Shown: positions 46,761 to 60,966, counted from the stretch's first letter. The stretch: DNA of 64,000 bases from the human T2T-CHM13v2.0 reference genome, Homo sapiens (GCF_009914755.1 NC_060938.1); one strand, 5' to 3'. The notes: generated by a model not told the origin, from the letters alone. Numbers and translations: made by a program.

Positions 46761-49700
46761 TAATGATCAAGCAAAAGGTAAACCATTTGGAAGTAGTTAC
46801 CCAGACTAACCATTAAGGTGGCACCAGTAAAGCATTACTTTACTGGTAATGCTTGTCTGTTTATTTGGTAGAGACATAACTATGTTATTAGAATACAGGC
46901 AAAAATATATTTAAAAATTTTAAAACTTATTTCTTTAATTGTATTTTTTTACAAGTATCTAGGTTGAAAGAGTCTGCAAGCTGTCCTGTGGATTCCATCT
47001 CTTTTAGTTGATTCAATTGCCAACTCAGTTACAATATTTGCATGGTTTTTAATGGCTTAGCCATTTAAAAAATGGTGAGTAGGTATGCATTCTTCATAGG
47101 ATTGCTCTGAAGAGTAACAGTAAGTCCTTCATAACATGAGGTCCAAATTACATTAAATCATTAATAGCACTTCAAATATTTTCCCAAATAATGTAGTATC
47201 AGTTATTATATTACATCCTTAAGTCTGCTAGGTTTTTAAGATTAACAAAGAAAACTAGCTGAGATCATTTCTTTATCATTCACAATTTGTTCTTTATGTT
47301 TCACTTTGTATAGTCAACATAAAGTTATAACTTTATATGAAAAGTATTTCCAAATATACACTTAAAAAATAAATGCACTGAAAAAGCTATGATCATATGA
47401 ATTTCCGTGACTCACTCTGAATATGCATATATGAGGAAACAGCTCAAAACCATCATTATTACTCTACTAATTTGAAACCTATGATGATGCAACTTGGACA
47501 CAGCTTTTGGAACTGTGAAAATGTTTTACCAAACAAATTCATAATGAATATAACTAACATGAGTATGTTTTAAAGCAAAGTTTATTATTTATTGTAAATA
47601 TATATTCATAATCAAAAAATTAAATGAAATTAATAGTCTAAACTCTGTTTTCTTTGTTAATCCACCTCGTATAGATCCAAGTTAACAGGAAATTATGGAG
47701 CGTTTATGCAACTCACCTGCAAAAGCCTCTAAAACATTTGCTCAAAATATTTTTATATCTCTTATTCGTAGTCATTTTTATTATTTTTTTTCCATATTCT
47801 ATCTTATTTTCTGTTTTGTTGTGTTTCCAGCTTGCAAAATACTTGCATTTTATGTGTAACCTCCTTTCCTATTTAGGAAAAGTATATGATATTGCATATC
47901 TATTTATGTCTCTATTTCTCTTGGTTTCCATTTGTGTTTATCTAGTCTGATTGACTTTTATCAAGGTGCTTTATCCTTGAAATTGACTTTTCAAGCTTAT
48001 CAAAGGAAAACATTTTCCTGACTTCATGCTCCTTTGCTGTCCATAGAGACAGGTTTTATTTTAGATCTAGAAAGGGAAGCATTGCTCCATAAGGGCCTCT
48101 GACCCAGAGGGTCAAAAAGAATTCATCAAGGCCCACATTGAAAAAAAAAAAAAAGAAGAAGAAAATTTAAATCTAGTTTTATTTTTGTACTGTCTTTAGT
48201 GAGAGATATAAAATATTCCACTGAATGATATTTAAACTGAGTAGGAAATACATACAATAAGAAATAAAATACACTCCAATTCTATATTATGTCCAGCTAC
48301 AAAGAGATAGAGCCATAAAAAGGGAAATGAGAAGAGTCGAGGAACAAAGTATGACACAGTCTGAGGATTTAACCAACCCTGAAATCAGAGCAGGAACATT
48401 TATATAAATATACGCAATCTTCAACATTCAGGGGGAAAAAATACAAGAAAATATTCACATGATTTCTTAAGAAAATTGTTTTAAAATTCCACATAAAGCT
48501 GAAAAATACAGATTAAAAAAAATTGCCCTCATTTATTAGACAGATAGGCCCTATCTTCCTGCTCTAGTGAGTGAAAAATATATGTTCTCAAATTTCAGAG
48601 ATCCCATATAAATCTATGCTACCATCTTGTGTTCTAAATATTGCTTCTAATGATCTAAAACACATTGCAAGAAATGAAACTAACATGATGTCAAACCCTT
48701 AAGAGGAGTCCATGCAAAATGTCTGTTTGCTTAGATATTTTTATTTTATCACTATGCTGAATTTTAGACTTAATATTTCTGGTATTTATTGCTCTCTGTT
48801 CTTTTTCCCAGTGCATTCTGCCTGTTTTATCTTCGATAGTCCTTCCTACAGACACAAGAGCACTAGTACATGCAGAAACATATATACTCACACACTATAA
48901 AGAGAAGTAAAAAGTGTACTGTTTTAAAGTCCAAATTGACCCTATGTTGTGGAAATATCATAATTTTTTTTTCTGGGGTAATTGACTTTTTTTTTCCCCC
49001 CGTTCTTTTTTTTAAAGAAACGCCTTTATTAGTCCATTAGATTGTGACAGGAGTCTAAACAGGAGAACATTACCAGGAAAAAACTAAATTGCTATACATG
49101 ATAAGTAGGATGTTTATGAGTTGTGCCTTCTGCTAGTGGCTTAGCACTAAGGATAAAGAGAAGTAAAGATCTCACTCAGATGGGAATTAACAAAAGGCTT
49201 ACCAAAGAAAAGTTGCTTCTGCAGAAAAAGGCTAATGATGGCTATCTGGGAACACTGATAATTCATTCAGAGTATCTCTTTCTTTTACTTCCCCTCCTCT
49301 TAGCTTCTAGAAATCTTCAATAATCTGTTCTGCCTCTTGGCCTTAGATTAAAACTGCTTTGAAAAAATTATAAAAAGATTATGTCTAATAAATGAAGTAA
49401 TGTGAGGGGAAAATTATAATTGCTAAAGGATGATAGCAAAGTAGATACTGAGAACACAGGAAGAATTCAAAGCAAGAGATTCACAGGAGACTTGGAGTTT
49501 CCAGAAATTCTCAGAAATATTAGGAAGGCAGGCCAAGCAACTTCCCAAACTGTAAGGCTCAAGCCATTTTACTGAAAAAAAAAAAAAAAAAAAAAAAAGT
49601 CTCCATTGAGAGAATCAAAACAAAGTGGGAAAATAGGGGGAAATCTTTCTACACATTCACATCTATACCTATTGATGCTGTTGAACTCAAATGTAAAAAC

Positions 49701-49799
49701 ACACACCAGACACATATGGCTGTCAGGACAAAACATAATTAGCGTACACCGTCCGTCCTCTGTGTTCACATGGCACCTCTGAAACCTACCTTAAAAGTC

Positions 49800-49952
49800 T
49801 TTGTCTGCTTCTACATTAGATTATAATCTTTCTAGTATACAGATTACCTTTAATTCTTACTTGAATTTCCCTTCATCTAGCAGAGAAATTTATTGACTGA
49901 ATTAACATTTATTGAATGAATTAATTGAAGTAAATATTTATTGACTGAATTC
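49800..49952 (+). mobile_element. L2 3' end with (TGAA)n-type tail
   Basis: attagattataatctttctag...atttattgactgaatt repeated. Confidence 0.55.
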
Positions 49953-50252
49953 CTCACAGCTTTCAAATTTGAATACTGATTAAAGTCAAAAAATATGAAA
50001 AATAGTTTCATTACCTTGAAAAGAATGAAGCATTAAAAAGTAACCATCACTAAGCCAAGAATGAAAACAATGCCGATGTCTTGAGTATAATGTAGGAAGA
50101 ATCATCATAATTTTGACAAAATTAAAGGAATACGTAAGTACACAAAACAATAATAATGAGATACAGAGGATACACTATAAGCAGATGTTCTTTTGTAATC
50201 TGGCTTTTTAAAAAGTCAGTTCATTGTTATTTTTGTTGTTGCTGTTGTTTTA

Positions 50253-50332
50253 TTAGGTTGGTGCAAAAGTAATTGTGGTTTTTGACATTAAAAGTAATGG
50301 CCAAAACCGCAATTACTTTCTCACCAACCTAG
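50253..50332. mobile_element. MADE1 (Hsmar1-derived MITE), full 80 bp
   Basis: ttaggttggtgcaaaagtaattgtgg...ccgcaattactttctcaccaacctag with TA on both sides. Confidence 0.95.
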
Positions 50333-50397
50333 TAACAACGTGTAAAGGGATTTGGAACAATCAACATTTCAAGTCAAAATATTATCTACCTGGTGTA

Positions 50398-50692
50398 GGC
50401 CGGGCGCGGTAGCTCACGCCTGTAATCCCAGCACTTTGGAAGGCCGAGGCGGGCGGATCACGAGGTCAGGAGATCGAGATCATCCTGATTAACACGGTGA
50501 AACCGCGTCTCCACTAAAAATACAAAAAAATTAGCCGGGCGTGGTGGCGGGCGCCTGTAGTCCCAGCTACTCAGGACGCTGAGGCAGGAGAATGACGTGA
50601 ACCCGGGAGGCGGAGCTTGCAGTGAGCCGAGATTGCACCACTCCAGCCGGGGCGACAGAGCGAGAGTCCGTCTCAAAAAAAAAAAAAAAAAA
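50398..50692 (+). mobile_element. AluY
   Basis: CpG-rich; diagnostic taacacggtgaaacc, ggcgggcgcctgtagtccc, cgtgaacccgggaggcggagcttgc; TSD attatctacctggt. Confidence 0.95.
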
Positions 50693-52574
50693 TTATCTAC
50701 CTGGTAAAGGAGATAAAACACTTTAAAACCTCAGCATCATATTTAAAAGGATTTGTGTAGCATTACTATTGCTAAAAGGAAAATAGTATGCATTTATATT
50801 TGTATTAGGTTCAGCGTAATTGGATGAATGCAGAAACTTCACTTTCAGTAGGGTCATACATACATTTTATAGACATATTGTGCACAACTTTACAGGTCCC
50901 CACTCAAAACTAAAGCTGCGAATTCAAGGCACAGACATTTTGGGATCAAGTGTCAACAAAGAGAATGTAAATGCGGATCTTCAATCTTTTTCCAACTATG
51001 GGAACCGCTTTATCTAACAATGAAAACGCATCAGTGTTAAGGAATTCTATGGATGAGCTAATTAAAATAAAAAATATGAAATTACTGGAATCTACATTTG
51101 AGAATTGTAAGATCAAGATCAGATGTGATTCTTAGTAAATACTAGAATACATTTATTTAGTCATCAATGTCAAAACTCTATAATTATGGTCAAGCTACAA
51201 TTTGGGACCAAACATATTTCATAGGATGGTACCCATCTTAAGTACAAAAATGAAAAAAGATCGGGAATGTCTTATGTAGAATTCTAGAGAAAACCAATCT
51301 GATTGTTTAAAACAAGTGACAGATATGTTCCATCTTCACTCAAGGAGCAATAGGCTCAAATTACAATCCCCTAAAAGTATGTATGAATGTATGTGTGTGT
51401 ATGGAAAGAGAGAGGAAGAGAGGAAAGAGAGAGAAAAACTGTCTGAAGCTAAGAATATTCAAAAGCAGCCTAAGAAAATAATCATATTTTCCCAAGACTA
51501 TTGAAGGAAACCTAACACACCTACTGTGGCACTGTCACGTGACTTATTAAAAGTTACTTTGTGTGTTGCCAAAGATCAAAATGGTCATTTCAATTCAAAT
51601 GTTTTTCAACTCCAGACAAATGTATTTGTGTGGGCTGAACAAATTAGTTTTTCTCACTCGAATGAACTAATACATGTAAAACACTGGAAGCAAACCTTTA
51701 TGACAGTGTACTTTCAGGAAGAAAAAAAAAAATTAGAAGCTTTTTAAAAAAGACAATAAAAGAAAAAGAAAATAATTTTTAAATTAGGCATTTGACAAAA
51801 AATGGCTTTTGAGAGAGAAATATGAATTTCCAGGCTACTATATTTTTCCATTGCTTTGTAAAATTTATCTTCTTTACAGATAAGCTGCAAAGAATATCTA
51901 CAAAGAAACAGACATGCAGACAAAAATAAAATAATTTAAGTCAATTTATCAAGCATTGTGATTTTTTTCTTTGTATTTGTGTAAAAGTTTGGCTACATCA
52001 AGAAGAAATAATATAGTAGTATCCTTCATAAGTTAGCAGATCCACAGTCTTTAAAACTAAGGAATTGTAAAATAACATATGTTTAGATGCATGATATATG
52101 GATCCAGTAGTGTACCTAGCAACCATCCTCATTCTAAACAGAAGCTAACCACAAAACAACCAAAGGGAAAGATTAAGGTAAAATTCACAAGACATCATCC
52201 TTTATAAACTTTCAAAATTTTAATTCATCGGGCACTGAAATTTTGTCATTATATATAGCAAGAATTGCTTTTAATAAGATTGCAAATGCACTGCATTTTC
52301 TCTAGATGCAACAAAGCCAAGTATATATAATTATGTATGCCTCTAGCCTTCAATCTCTTATTTTTTATTCTTGTCTTTCATTATAACACATATCTGAATT
52401 ATTTTAACACAGATAACTTGTTGCAATGCAATTTTGTCATCCATGCATCCTTTAATTCAAGCATGCAGTTTCTAGGAGATTTCTGAAACAATTAATAGAG
52501 TATGGTTTCTGTTACATATGCATTATTATATAAATCAGAAAATTTTGTTGGTAATAACTTCCATACTCGAAGAT

Positions 52575-52720
52575 TACTTAGAGACCATCATACTAAGCCC
52601 TTTATTTGCATAGAAAATTTGATGGTAGAAACAGACACAAGTCACACAATTAAAATTGGCACTGCTAGAATTTGAATCCAGAGCCAGACTTAGAATCGAT
52701 ACTCCATATTTATAGTTCCT
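52575..52720 (-). mobile_element. MIR fragment
   Basis: ttagagaccatc...caagtcacaca...gaatttgaatccag. Confidence 0.5.
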
Positions 52721-52930
52721 TATCATGCCCCTATTCCAGACTGTAACCGTATTTATAGTTATGGTTAAACCTGTTTTGCATTTTATTATTTATTATTATT
52801 TTACTGTCACCTAGGTTGAATTGCAGTATCAAAAAACTGTATGTGTAGAGTTATAACTTCACTGACAACACTGTAACTGAAAAATATAATCTAAATCATT
52901 TGAAAATAAAACAATTGAATCTAAAATATA

Positions 52931-53214
52931 TTTTTTTCGAGACAGGGTTTCACTCTATCTCCCAGACTGGAGTGCAGTGACACAATAACGGCTCACTGCA
53001 GCCCCGACCTCCACAGGCTCAGGTAAGTCTTCCACCTCAGCCTCCCAAGTAGCTGGAACTGTAGGTGTGCATCACCATGCCTGGCTAATTTTTGTAGTTT
53101 TTTGCAGAGATGGGGTGTTTCCCGGGCTTGTCTCGAACTTCTGGACTCAAGCAATCTGCCCACCTTGGCCTCCCAAAGTGCTGGGATTACAGGTATGAGC
53201 CACCACACCCAGCC
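52931..53214 (-). mobile_element. AluJ
   Basis: gagacagggtttcact...gctcactgcagcc...ctggactcaagcaatc. Confidence 0.92.
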
Positions 53215-53779
53215 CAAATAAATAAACATTGAAAATGAAATAAATGAAAAACATAACCATATTTCAAATAATTCACCAATGTATGCACTTACTGATCTAG
53301 GCATTTTTACAGTATGCAATTATGTCATGAAGGAAAGAGTTTATAATCTCTTATGAGAGAGACAGAGAAAAAAAGAAACAGGAAAAATGTCTCCGTATAT
53401 TAGGAGTTGAAGACTGAAATTGCTAAGTTCAGAAAATTTTTAAAAAGGTACAGACTTAGAATTTTAAAAAATTACACATGGCTGGAGACTTCAGGGAATA
53501 GCAGGGGGGAAATGATATTGGAGTAATGTCTTGAAGATTGTAAAGAGTGGGCTCATAAAGATTATTTTAAGGATATTCATGACATAGGGAATGAAATGAC
53601 AAAAAGCATTGAGTTCAAATGTGCATAAGAGAATAAACTGTTCACCTTGACTGGAACATGAAATATGATCTCACAAAGGGTAGGGAATGCTATTTGCCAG
53701 TTTAGGATACCAAACTTTGAATCACAGGTGATGAGTAGCCATAGAGAATTTCCAAATAGAACAATGCTTGCATTTATGC

Positions 53780-54033
53780 CTCTGCTGTGGAGTGTGGTTA
53801 CCCAAGCCAAACCAATCGCGTCTCTGTAGTTAATCTCTGGGTGAGAGACAAAGGGGCAAGCTTTTTCAGGTGGACTGGAAATGAGAACCACTAAGTGAAG
53901 CAAATACAGAAAGAACTGAGTTGATAGTTGAGAAGATGGTAATGTTTACATTCCTGGAACCCACTACACTTTCCTGCCTATAACAGTTAGACAAGAATTT
54001 TCCATCAATTGCAACCGAAAGTATTCCCACTCG
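53780..54033 (+). mobile_element. MLT1J/K/L-like LTR 3' fragment followed by a ~50-nt A-rich tract
   Basis: ttgcaaccgaaagtattcccact resembles the old MLT1 3' terminus. Confidence 0.5.
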
Positions 54034-54038
54034 TAAAA

Positions 54039-54069
<31 letters not shown>

Positions 54070-54259
54070 GAAAGAAAGAAAAAAGTTCATCTGACAGCAA
54101 TGCAGCAATGTTGCCAAGGGAAAGAGATCAAAGGTTGTAAAAATAGTAGGAATCTCTTGCAGGAGGTAAAAGGGTCTGACCTTTGAAAAAGTGCTGGAAT
54201 GGAAAAGCAGGGAAGAATTCAGAGGATTTTGGAAAAAAGAGGCAACCTTAAGGAGTACT

Positions 54260-54440
54260 ACTAACATTGTCAAACACTGGTCTAAATGCTTTTTAGGCAT
54301 CATCTAATTTAATCCTCAGAAAAATCCATCATAACAAGATTTCTTTTCATCATGGCAAATAAGAAAGTGAATATTTAGAGAAATTATGAATACATAGCAA
54401 AGCTGGAATTCAAACCAGGTCTTTAATTCAGAATACAATA
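54260..54440 (-). mobile_element. MIR, within L2-like purine-rich sequence
   Basis: tctaaatgcttt...catctaatttaatcctca...agctggaattcaaaccaggtct. Confidence 0.7.
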
Positions 54441-56379
54441 TCCTAATTTGAAATGTATGCTAGAAAAAGGAAAGACAGAATGACTTTGCTCTTGATAATA
54501 GAGAGGAGAGGAATCTTTTTGGTGAAACAGGGAATTCAAGAGGAGAAAAAAATAATTAAAAGGAATTACTATACTTTTAATTTTAGTCACATTAGATTTT
54601 AGAATTCATACAGAAACTAAGTTATTCATACAGAAACTAAGTTGACATTTTGCAGTAGCTGAATATTTCAGATACAAATTTGGGGAAGATCTGCTTAGCA
54701 ATGACAGTTTGAGTCATTATATTGCCAAGCAAGAGAGTATAGAGTAAGGAAACAATAGGATCAAAATCTGATATACAGAGAGGAAGAATAAATAGCAGCC
54801 AAAACAAGATTGAAAAGTAAAAACGGAACTAGCATTTACAATATCATAAAAGACAAAGAAGAAAAATGCATTAGCAGGAATGAGTGTTCACTCAGTAAAT
54901 ATGTCCTCTGCATGAAGATAAGACAGACATAGACAGATAGACAGGTGGATGGATAGATGAGTAGATAGGGATACATCACTGCATTCATACATAGCTCTCT
55001 AAATATCTGCATCATCTGCCTCTATATCTATGTATATCTGTGATTGAATGATTGATTGTAACTTAGAGCTTCAAGTGAGCACTTAAAGTGAAAATTTTGT
55101 GTACTGAAATTACTTACATCTTTTAACTGAGCTATAAAGCACTATATTCATCATTTTATGTTGTACACAAGGCAATTATGTTGTGTTTATGAACATATGG
55201 CTTCAAACACTGGATAAACTGTTGAAACTGATGGGCACAAAGAAACAGAATACTCAAGAAACATCTGATCGCTTCTGTCATTTCATCCATATATTTCAAG
55301 GCAAATAACTTATAAGAATGAATACTTCCTGTTTCTTAAATACATTTCAGTTTCCTGCTTAGCTTTGAATAGTTTCCTCCCTTGATTAATTTAGTGTAAT
55401 TATCTTCTTAAAAAGAAATGCTACTCAAGTTAAATAATAATCTTTTTCTAGAAAAACATTTTAAAACTCGTATTTCATTGAATGAGAAACAATATCAAAG
55501 AAAACAATACACATATTAAATTTCAAGAAAAGTATTTGACTTCTTTCTTTAAGAAAATAGTTTGAATTAAGAAGAAAGAGTAATTTCCACATTTAAAATG
55601 TCTTAATGGTATATAATCAAGGAGATTTTATTTTAATGTTATAATGCATGGTCAGTTTAAGTCCTGAGGTGTCCTTTTGAAGAACCTTTATTTTTGCTTA
55701 TTATAATATTTAAGGCTTCAAGGAAATATTCATTTGCCAGGAGAAAGGAACTCACAAGGTAGATTGAAATGATTTCATGGAACAGCATGAAATACAGCTA
55801 CTCCCTGCCAAACCCAGACACAAAGCCAAAAGGCCTATGAAGGAAGAATACAGGCACAGCAGTTCACAAAAGATGAATCAAAAGGCAAGTTAAAAAACAA
55901 AAATATATTGGAAACATGCTTTCTTAATATATGAAACTATAATTATTATTATCAAATGCAGAAAAATATAAGAGTAAAAGAATTGCTAAGAGTTTAGTTT
56001 GGCAGATGAAAAGAGTAGGTGCAATTAAAGGAATAAACATTTTCCCTACTGTACAAGAATTTGACCTTCTTTTAAAATTCTAGCTCTGATCCCCTGATAA
56101 CCTGACAAGGGAAGAATGTCAACTATAATCTTAGGTGACATTTCTACATTAAATTGCTTCTGGATTTGAGAGGAATGTTAATACTTAATAGGAAGCCATG
56201 GCTTTGAGCTTAGTGCAGTGGCTCTTGTAACTGGCATGTCTCTTCAAGGACCCTGGAAATTCTGCCTATAGATTTGTTACAACAGAGATTTTGGCTCCTG
56301 TGGGGCTGAGGATTCTGCCAGAGTTCCCATCCCCAAATTATGTAGACTTTGTCTCCTTGTCTATGAGTCATCATCTAGG

Positions 56380-56560
56380 CAGCAGTTCTTAACCTGGGGT
56401 GATTTTGCCAGTCAGGGACATTTGGCAATGTCTGGAGACAGTTTTTATTGTCATGACATAGGGGAGAAGGACATATTACTGGAATCTAAAGATTACAAGC
56501 CTAAGTAGCCTCTAAACACCATACAATAAACAAGCTAGAGCCTCCTTCTCCACCACAAAA
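56380..56560 (+). mobile_element. MER20
   Basis: gttcttaacctggggtgattttgcc...gggacatttggcaatgtctggagaca. Confidence 0.85.
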
Positions 56561-56571
56561 AAAAAAAAAAT

Positions 56572-56735
56572 TATATTTTGGGCAAGAAAACTGTGTTGGA
56601 AGACTGCCATATGTGTTTGGGACAATTAGCAGTAGCCATGGTCTCTACTCTCTAGATGCCAGGAGCATTCATTTTCCTCCACTGATTCAATTAAAACATG
56701 TTTTTAGACATTTTCAAAGATCTGCAGGGAATAGG
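56572..56735 (-). mobile_element. Second MER20, inverted
   Basis: attttgggc...tagcagtagccatggtctctactctctagatgccag...tagacattttcaaa. Confidence 0.75.
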
Positions 56736-57730
56736 AGTGGAAGGGCATGTTGGCAAGCTATTGTTTCTGTCTTATACCCTTGTGTATGAATTTGATACCA
56801 AATATGCCTCTAGTAGTCCCGCAAGTTTAAAAGCAGTGGAATCTAAGACCCTTGGTAGATTATTCAATACAGGAATTTACTACAAAGTAAAGTTATTAGT
56901 GTCACATAATATAACCCAACGTAATATGATATATGCAAAACCAAAAAATGTGTGGCTAGTACTAAATATTAAAATATGATATTACATCAAACAATTGATA
57001 ATAAAGATACAATTGCTAACAACATATAAGCTAAAATTCTATATGAATACTGCCTGTAGGTGGATTAAACACTCTAGTAAATGTGTATCTCTTGCTGGAG
57101 GGAGAGGAAGTTATGTCTTTCTCTCAAATACTGCCTTTGATTTCTCACTTTCAGATTGGCTTTATCATGCATTAATTAAAGTACTCTTTTGACAATCAAT
57201 TTCTTACATTGTTGCTTAACTTCTGAAGTTCTTTGAATTTATTTTTTTCTAATCAAAGACCAAAAGGCATGGGTCTTTGATTAGAAAAAATTAACTTAAA
57301 CTCTGTAAGTTAATTTGATAGCACTTTATATTTCCCTTAGCACTAAGCATATTATTGTTGGTATATTTAAAATAAATTGATAATATCACAGGAATGTTCA
57401 TATATTATTGTTCACCTTTATGTGTGATTTATTATAATCATTTATTATTATTACCTTTGTGTTACAGGGGAGATGATCATAGTATGTGTGAAATGCCCAA
57501 ATTCTGTATTTGGGAAGAAAGAATTTAGGTTTTGGAAGAAAGACAAATTCCTTTTTAACTAAGAAAGATTATGAAGGCACAGAACTTTTATAGTCATACT
57601 TATATATTTATATATGTGTTTATGTTCATTTTTCTTAGAAGAAACTATATTTGCATAAAGCAAAAAAGGGAGGAAAGAAAAAAGCCCCCAGGAACAGAGG
57701 CATGTAAACTTTTTATTGAAAATTTAACTC

Positions 57731-58031
57731 AGTGGGGCGTAGTGGTTCACACCTTCAATCCCAGCACTTGGGAAAGCTGAGATGGGAGGGACGCTTGAGG
57801 CCAGGAGTTTGAATCCAGGCTGGGCAACATAGCAAGACTCTGTCTCTTAAAAAAAATGTAAAAATTAGCCCAGCATGGTGGCTCACACCTGTAATCCCAG
57901 CTACTTGGGAGGTTGAGGATCGCCTGGGCCAAGGAGTTGAGGCTATATAAGCTATGATTGTGCTACTGCAGTCCAGCCTGGGCAACACAGAGACCCTGTC
58001 TCAAAAAATGGAAAAAAAAAACCTATAAAAT
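57731..58031 (+). mobile_element. AluJ
   Basis: cttgaggccaggagtttga...agctatgattgtgctactgca; TSD aaatttaact. Confidence 0.92.
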
Positions 58032-58457
58032 AAATTTAACTTAATCACATATGTGAAGGGTTTCAAGGGGAGAAAATATCCTTACGGCCTTATGGTATTA
58101 TGGAAATGATATAATGATATTATCCAGTTGAATTCATTTTTGCACAGTTGGGGTGGACAGAAGTACCTAGCTGACAATATCAATAAAAATGAGTCTTGCC
58201 TGGCTTAATTTGTACCTTTAATCATTCTGTTAAAACTAGCTGGTCACTCTCCCACTTCTTTGCATAGATGCTGAAAAATAAAAATTTTAATACATACACT
58301 TTATCTAAACATTAAATTATGGTTGTACTTACTTTAAGGTAGCAGCAGAGAAGAAACCAGAAAAATAAACTATGTGCTTATTTTCCTTACATGAGCCACA
58401 TACTTGATAAACTGATCTTCTTTTCAGATAATGTATAGTCAATTGCTCTATCTGAAG

Positions 58458-58487
58458 ATATTATATATTATATATATATATATATAT
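58458..58487. repeat. (TA)n microsatellite
   Basis: Seen directly. Confidence 0.9.
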
Positions 58488-60635
58488 GCAATGCACTCAG
58501 TCCTTAAGAGACTGAAAATTTCTTTCTATTTTCTTGAACAATTTCCTTAGATGGTTATTTGCCCCTTAGTTATATATCATGCTGTGTTCTCTGGAAGAAT
58601 GAAAATATAGAGAGCAAGGAAAACGCCCAGAATGTCAGGAGCAGTTCAACTAAAGTATATTCATCCTAGAAACATTCTGGAAAATAATGTTTATTTGTGG
58701 GAAGCTCAGTTTTCAAATATTCAAGAGTAATGTAAATCCATGGAAAGATAAAGTAAGATATATGTTGACTGGAAATAATAATCCTAGATCTTATTTTGTA
58801 CAGAGTTTAAATTGGACATTATCTTATAATACATTGTTTCTATATACATTGTTTCTTCTTTTTTAAGATAAGATCTTAACTACAGAGAAGAGGTAGATGA
58901 TGGAATATGTAAAATAGAAATATTTATGTAAATAAGTGGTAAAACTAAGATTCTATGAGTCAAAGAAAATCCTCCAAGTCAAAGCTCTCTTCGAAGTCAT
59001 TATCCTTATAGTGGCAATGGATATATAGTCTTAATGCAGTCATCACCAAAAACATCTGGAAAATAACTTTGAACTTACCATTAATGTTTCTAATAGAGTC
59101 TTTGGAATAATCTCAAAGGTAAGTCCTCAAATTTTGAGTATAAATTTATATTATGTGAGGAAACCAAAGGCTGTTAGAATCAAGTCATTTTGGCATAAGA
59201 AATAAATCCAATTAGAAAATAACAGTTCAGTGTAAATATATACAACCATTAGAATTATTTCCCAAACTATCTATATAGCCAATATTACAGGATAGTTCTG
59301 AGAAAGGCAATACTGAAACAAAACCTAGTGATTTTGAAAGAAATATATCAACTAATGTGTGTCTTCAAAATGAAGTTTTACTTTGAAGCTCTAAATTGTC
59401 TTCTACATACTAATGCTAGTGTCCATGGAGCTATCAATAAAGATCTTTCGTCATCACCAAGAGGCAGTATAGAGGGTTGCGACTTAGCTAGGACTTAAAT
59501 GGCAAAAAGATTGGAAGAATTGTTATAAACAGAAGAGGAGCATAAAAGCCTAGCCAGAGAGGCAACATTGAATTATCATGCTTATGGGACTGAGAAGAGA
59601 TGGACTGAATTATTACAGAAAATAACAAACAGAGCTGGACAAGTAAAGCTTGTTCAGGCTACTGAGCTGAAAGTCATTATTACCCTCCTAATAAATTAAA
59701 AATTCATTCATTCATTTATAAAATTTTTGGATAGCCTTTTTGCCTGGCCTAGATCCTCTTGTATTTCCTCTTTTATCAATAATTACCTTGTCTTTGATAT
59801 CAGTTTTAGATAAATCCCTGGTCACACTGATATTTCCAGAACAATTTTGCTTTTAGAAAATCACAAAATTGTTATATTACCTCAGTACACTAATTCTATC
59901 TCAACGCTACAGAATATTACCCAGTAACTCATCTAACAATAGTGAACATATGTATTACAGCACTTTCCAATCTATCATTAATTTTATTTTGCTTTGTCAG
60001 GTTCATGATATTATGCTTTTGTTGAATATTCATTTAGATTAAAAGTAACTAGCATACTCTCTTCATTAGATTTCTTGAGAAAAAGCCTCAAAAATAAAAC
60101 CCTGATCTCTGGCTCTCTCTCCTTCACCTAATTTGGTCTTGCTTGGGAAACTGAAACAGGTGAGGAACATGGGTTTATCAATAGCCCTGATTATTTTCTT
60201 TCATAATTTTTCTTTGTTTGGAAAATACAAATTATAAGGGGTATATTAATTAGATTTGGAATTAGGTAAAAGGCAGTTACTTAACACAATCTAACACTAA
60301 CATCTGTCTTTGGTTTTTAGTATATATTTTATACCGCTTAACAGAAATATCATGTCATTAGTTGAAGGTACAACAAATGTGCATCTACATGGTGGAGATT
60401 TAACAGCAAAAGTGACATTCAATGCAATATATTCTCCAGTTAATTTTCAAGGAAGTATACTTTGAAATATACTCACATTACTAAAAGACTTTAATAGCGC
60501 TTTGAGATGAAACTAAAGGACAGCTTATATTACAAATAAAATGTTATAGTTTATCAAATTAAAATTGTAGCATATAATTTTATAAGTGTAAGTATACTTA
60601 TATAATACAGATATAAAAACAATACTTTCTTTTAG

Positions 60636-60966
<331 letters not shown>

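Noticed and set aside
50008-50125. Possible minus-strand exon ending at a CAAG|gtaatg donor
   Set aside because: No convincing acceptor and no recognisable peptide in the frames I translated
54034-54084. Orphan poly(A) suggesting a second retrocopy
   Set aside because: The upstream sequence looks like an MLT1 LTR end; there is no AATAAA or TSD, so it is treated as a simple A-rich repeat
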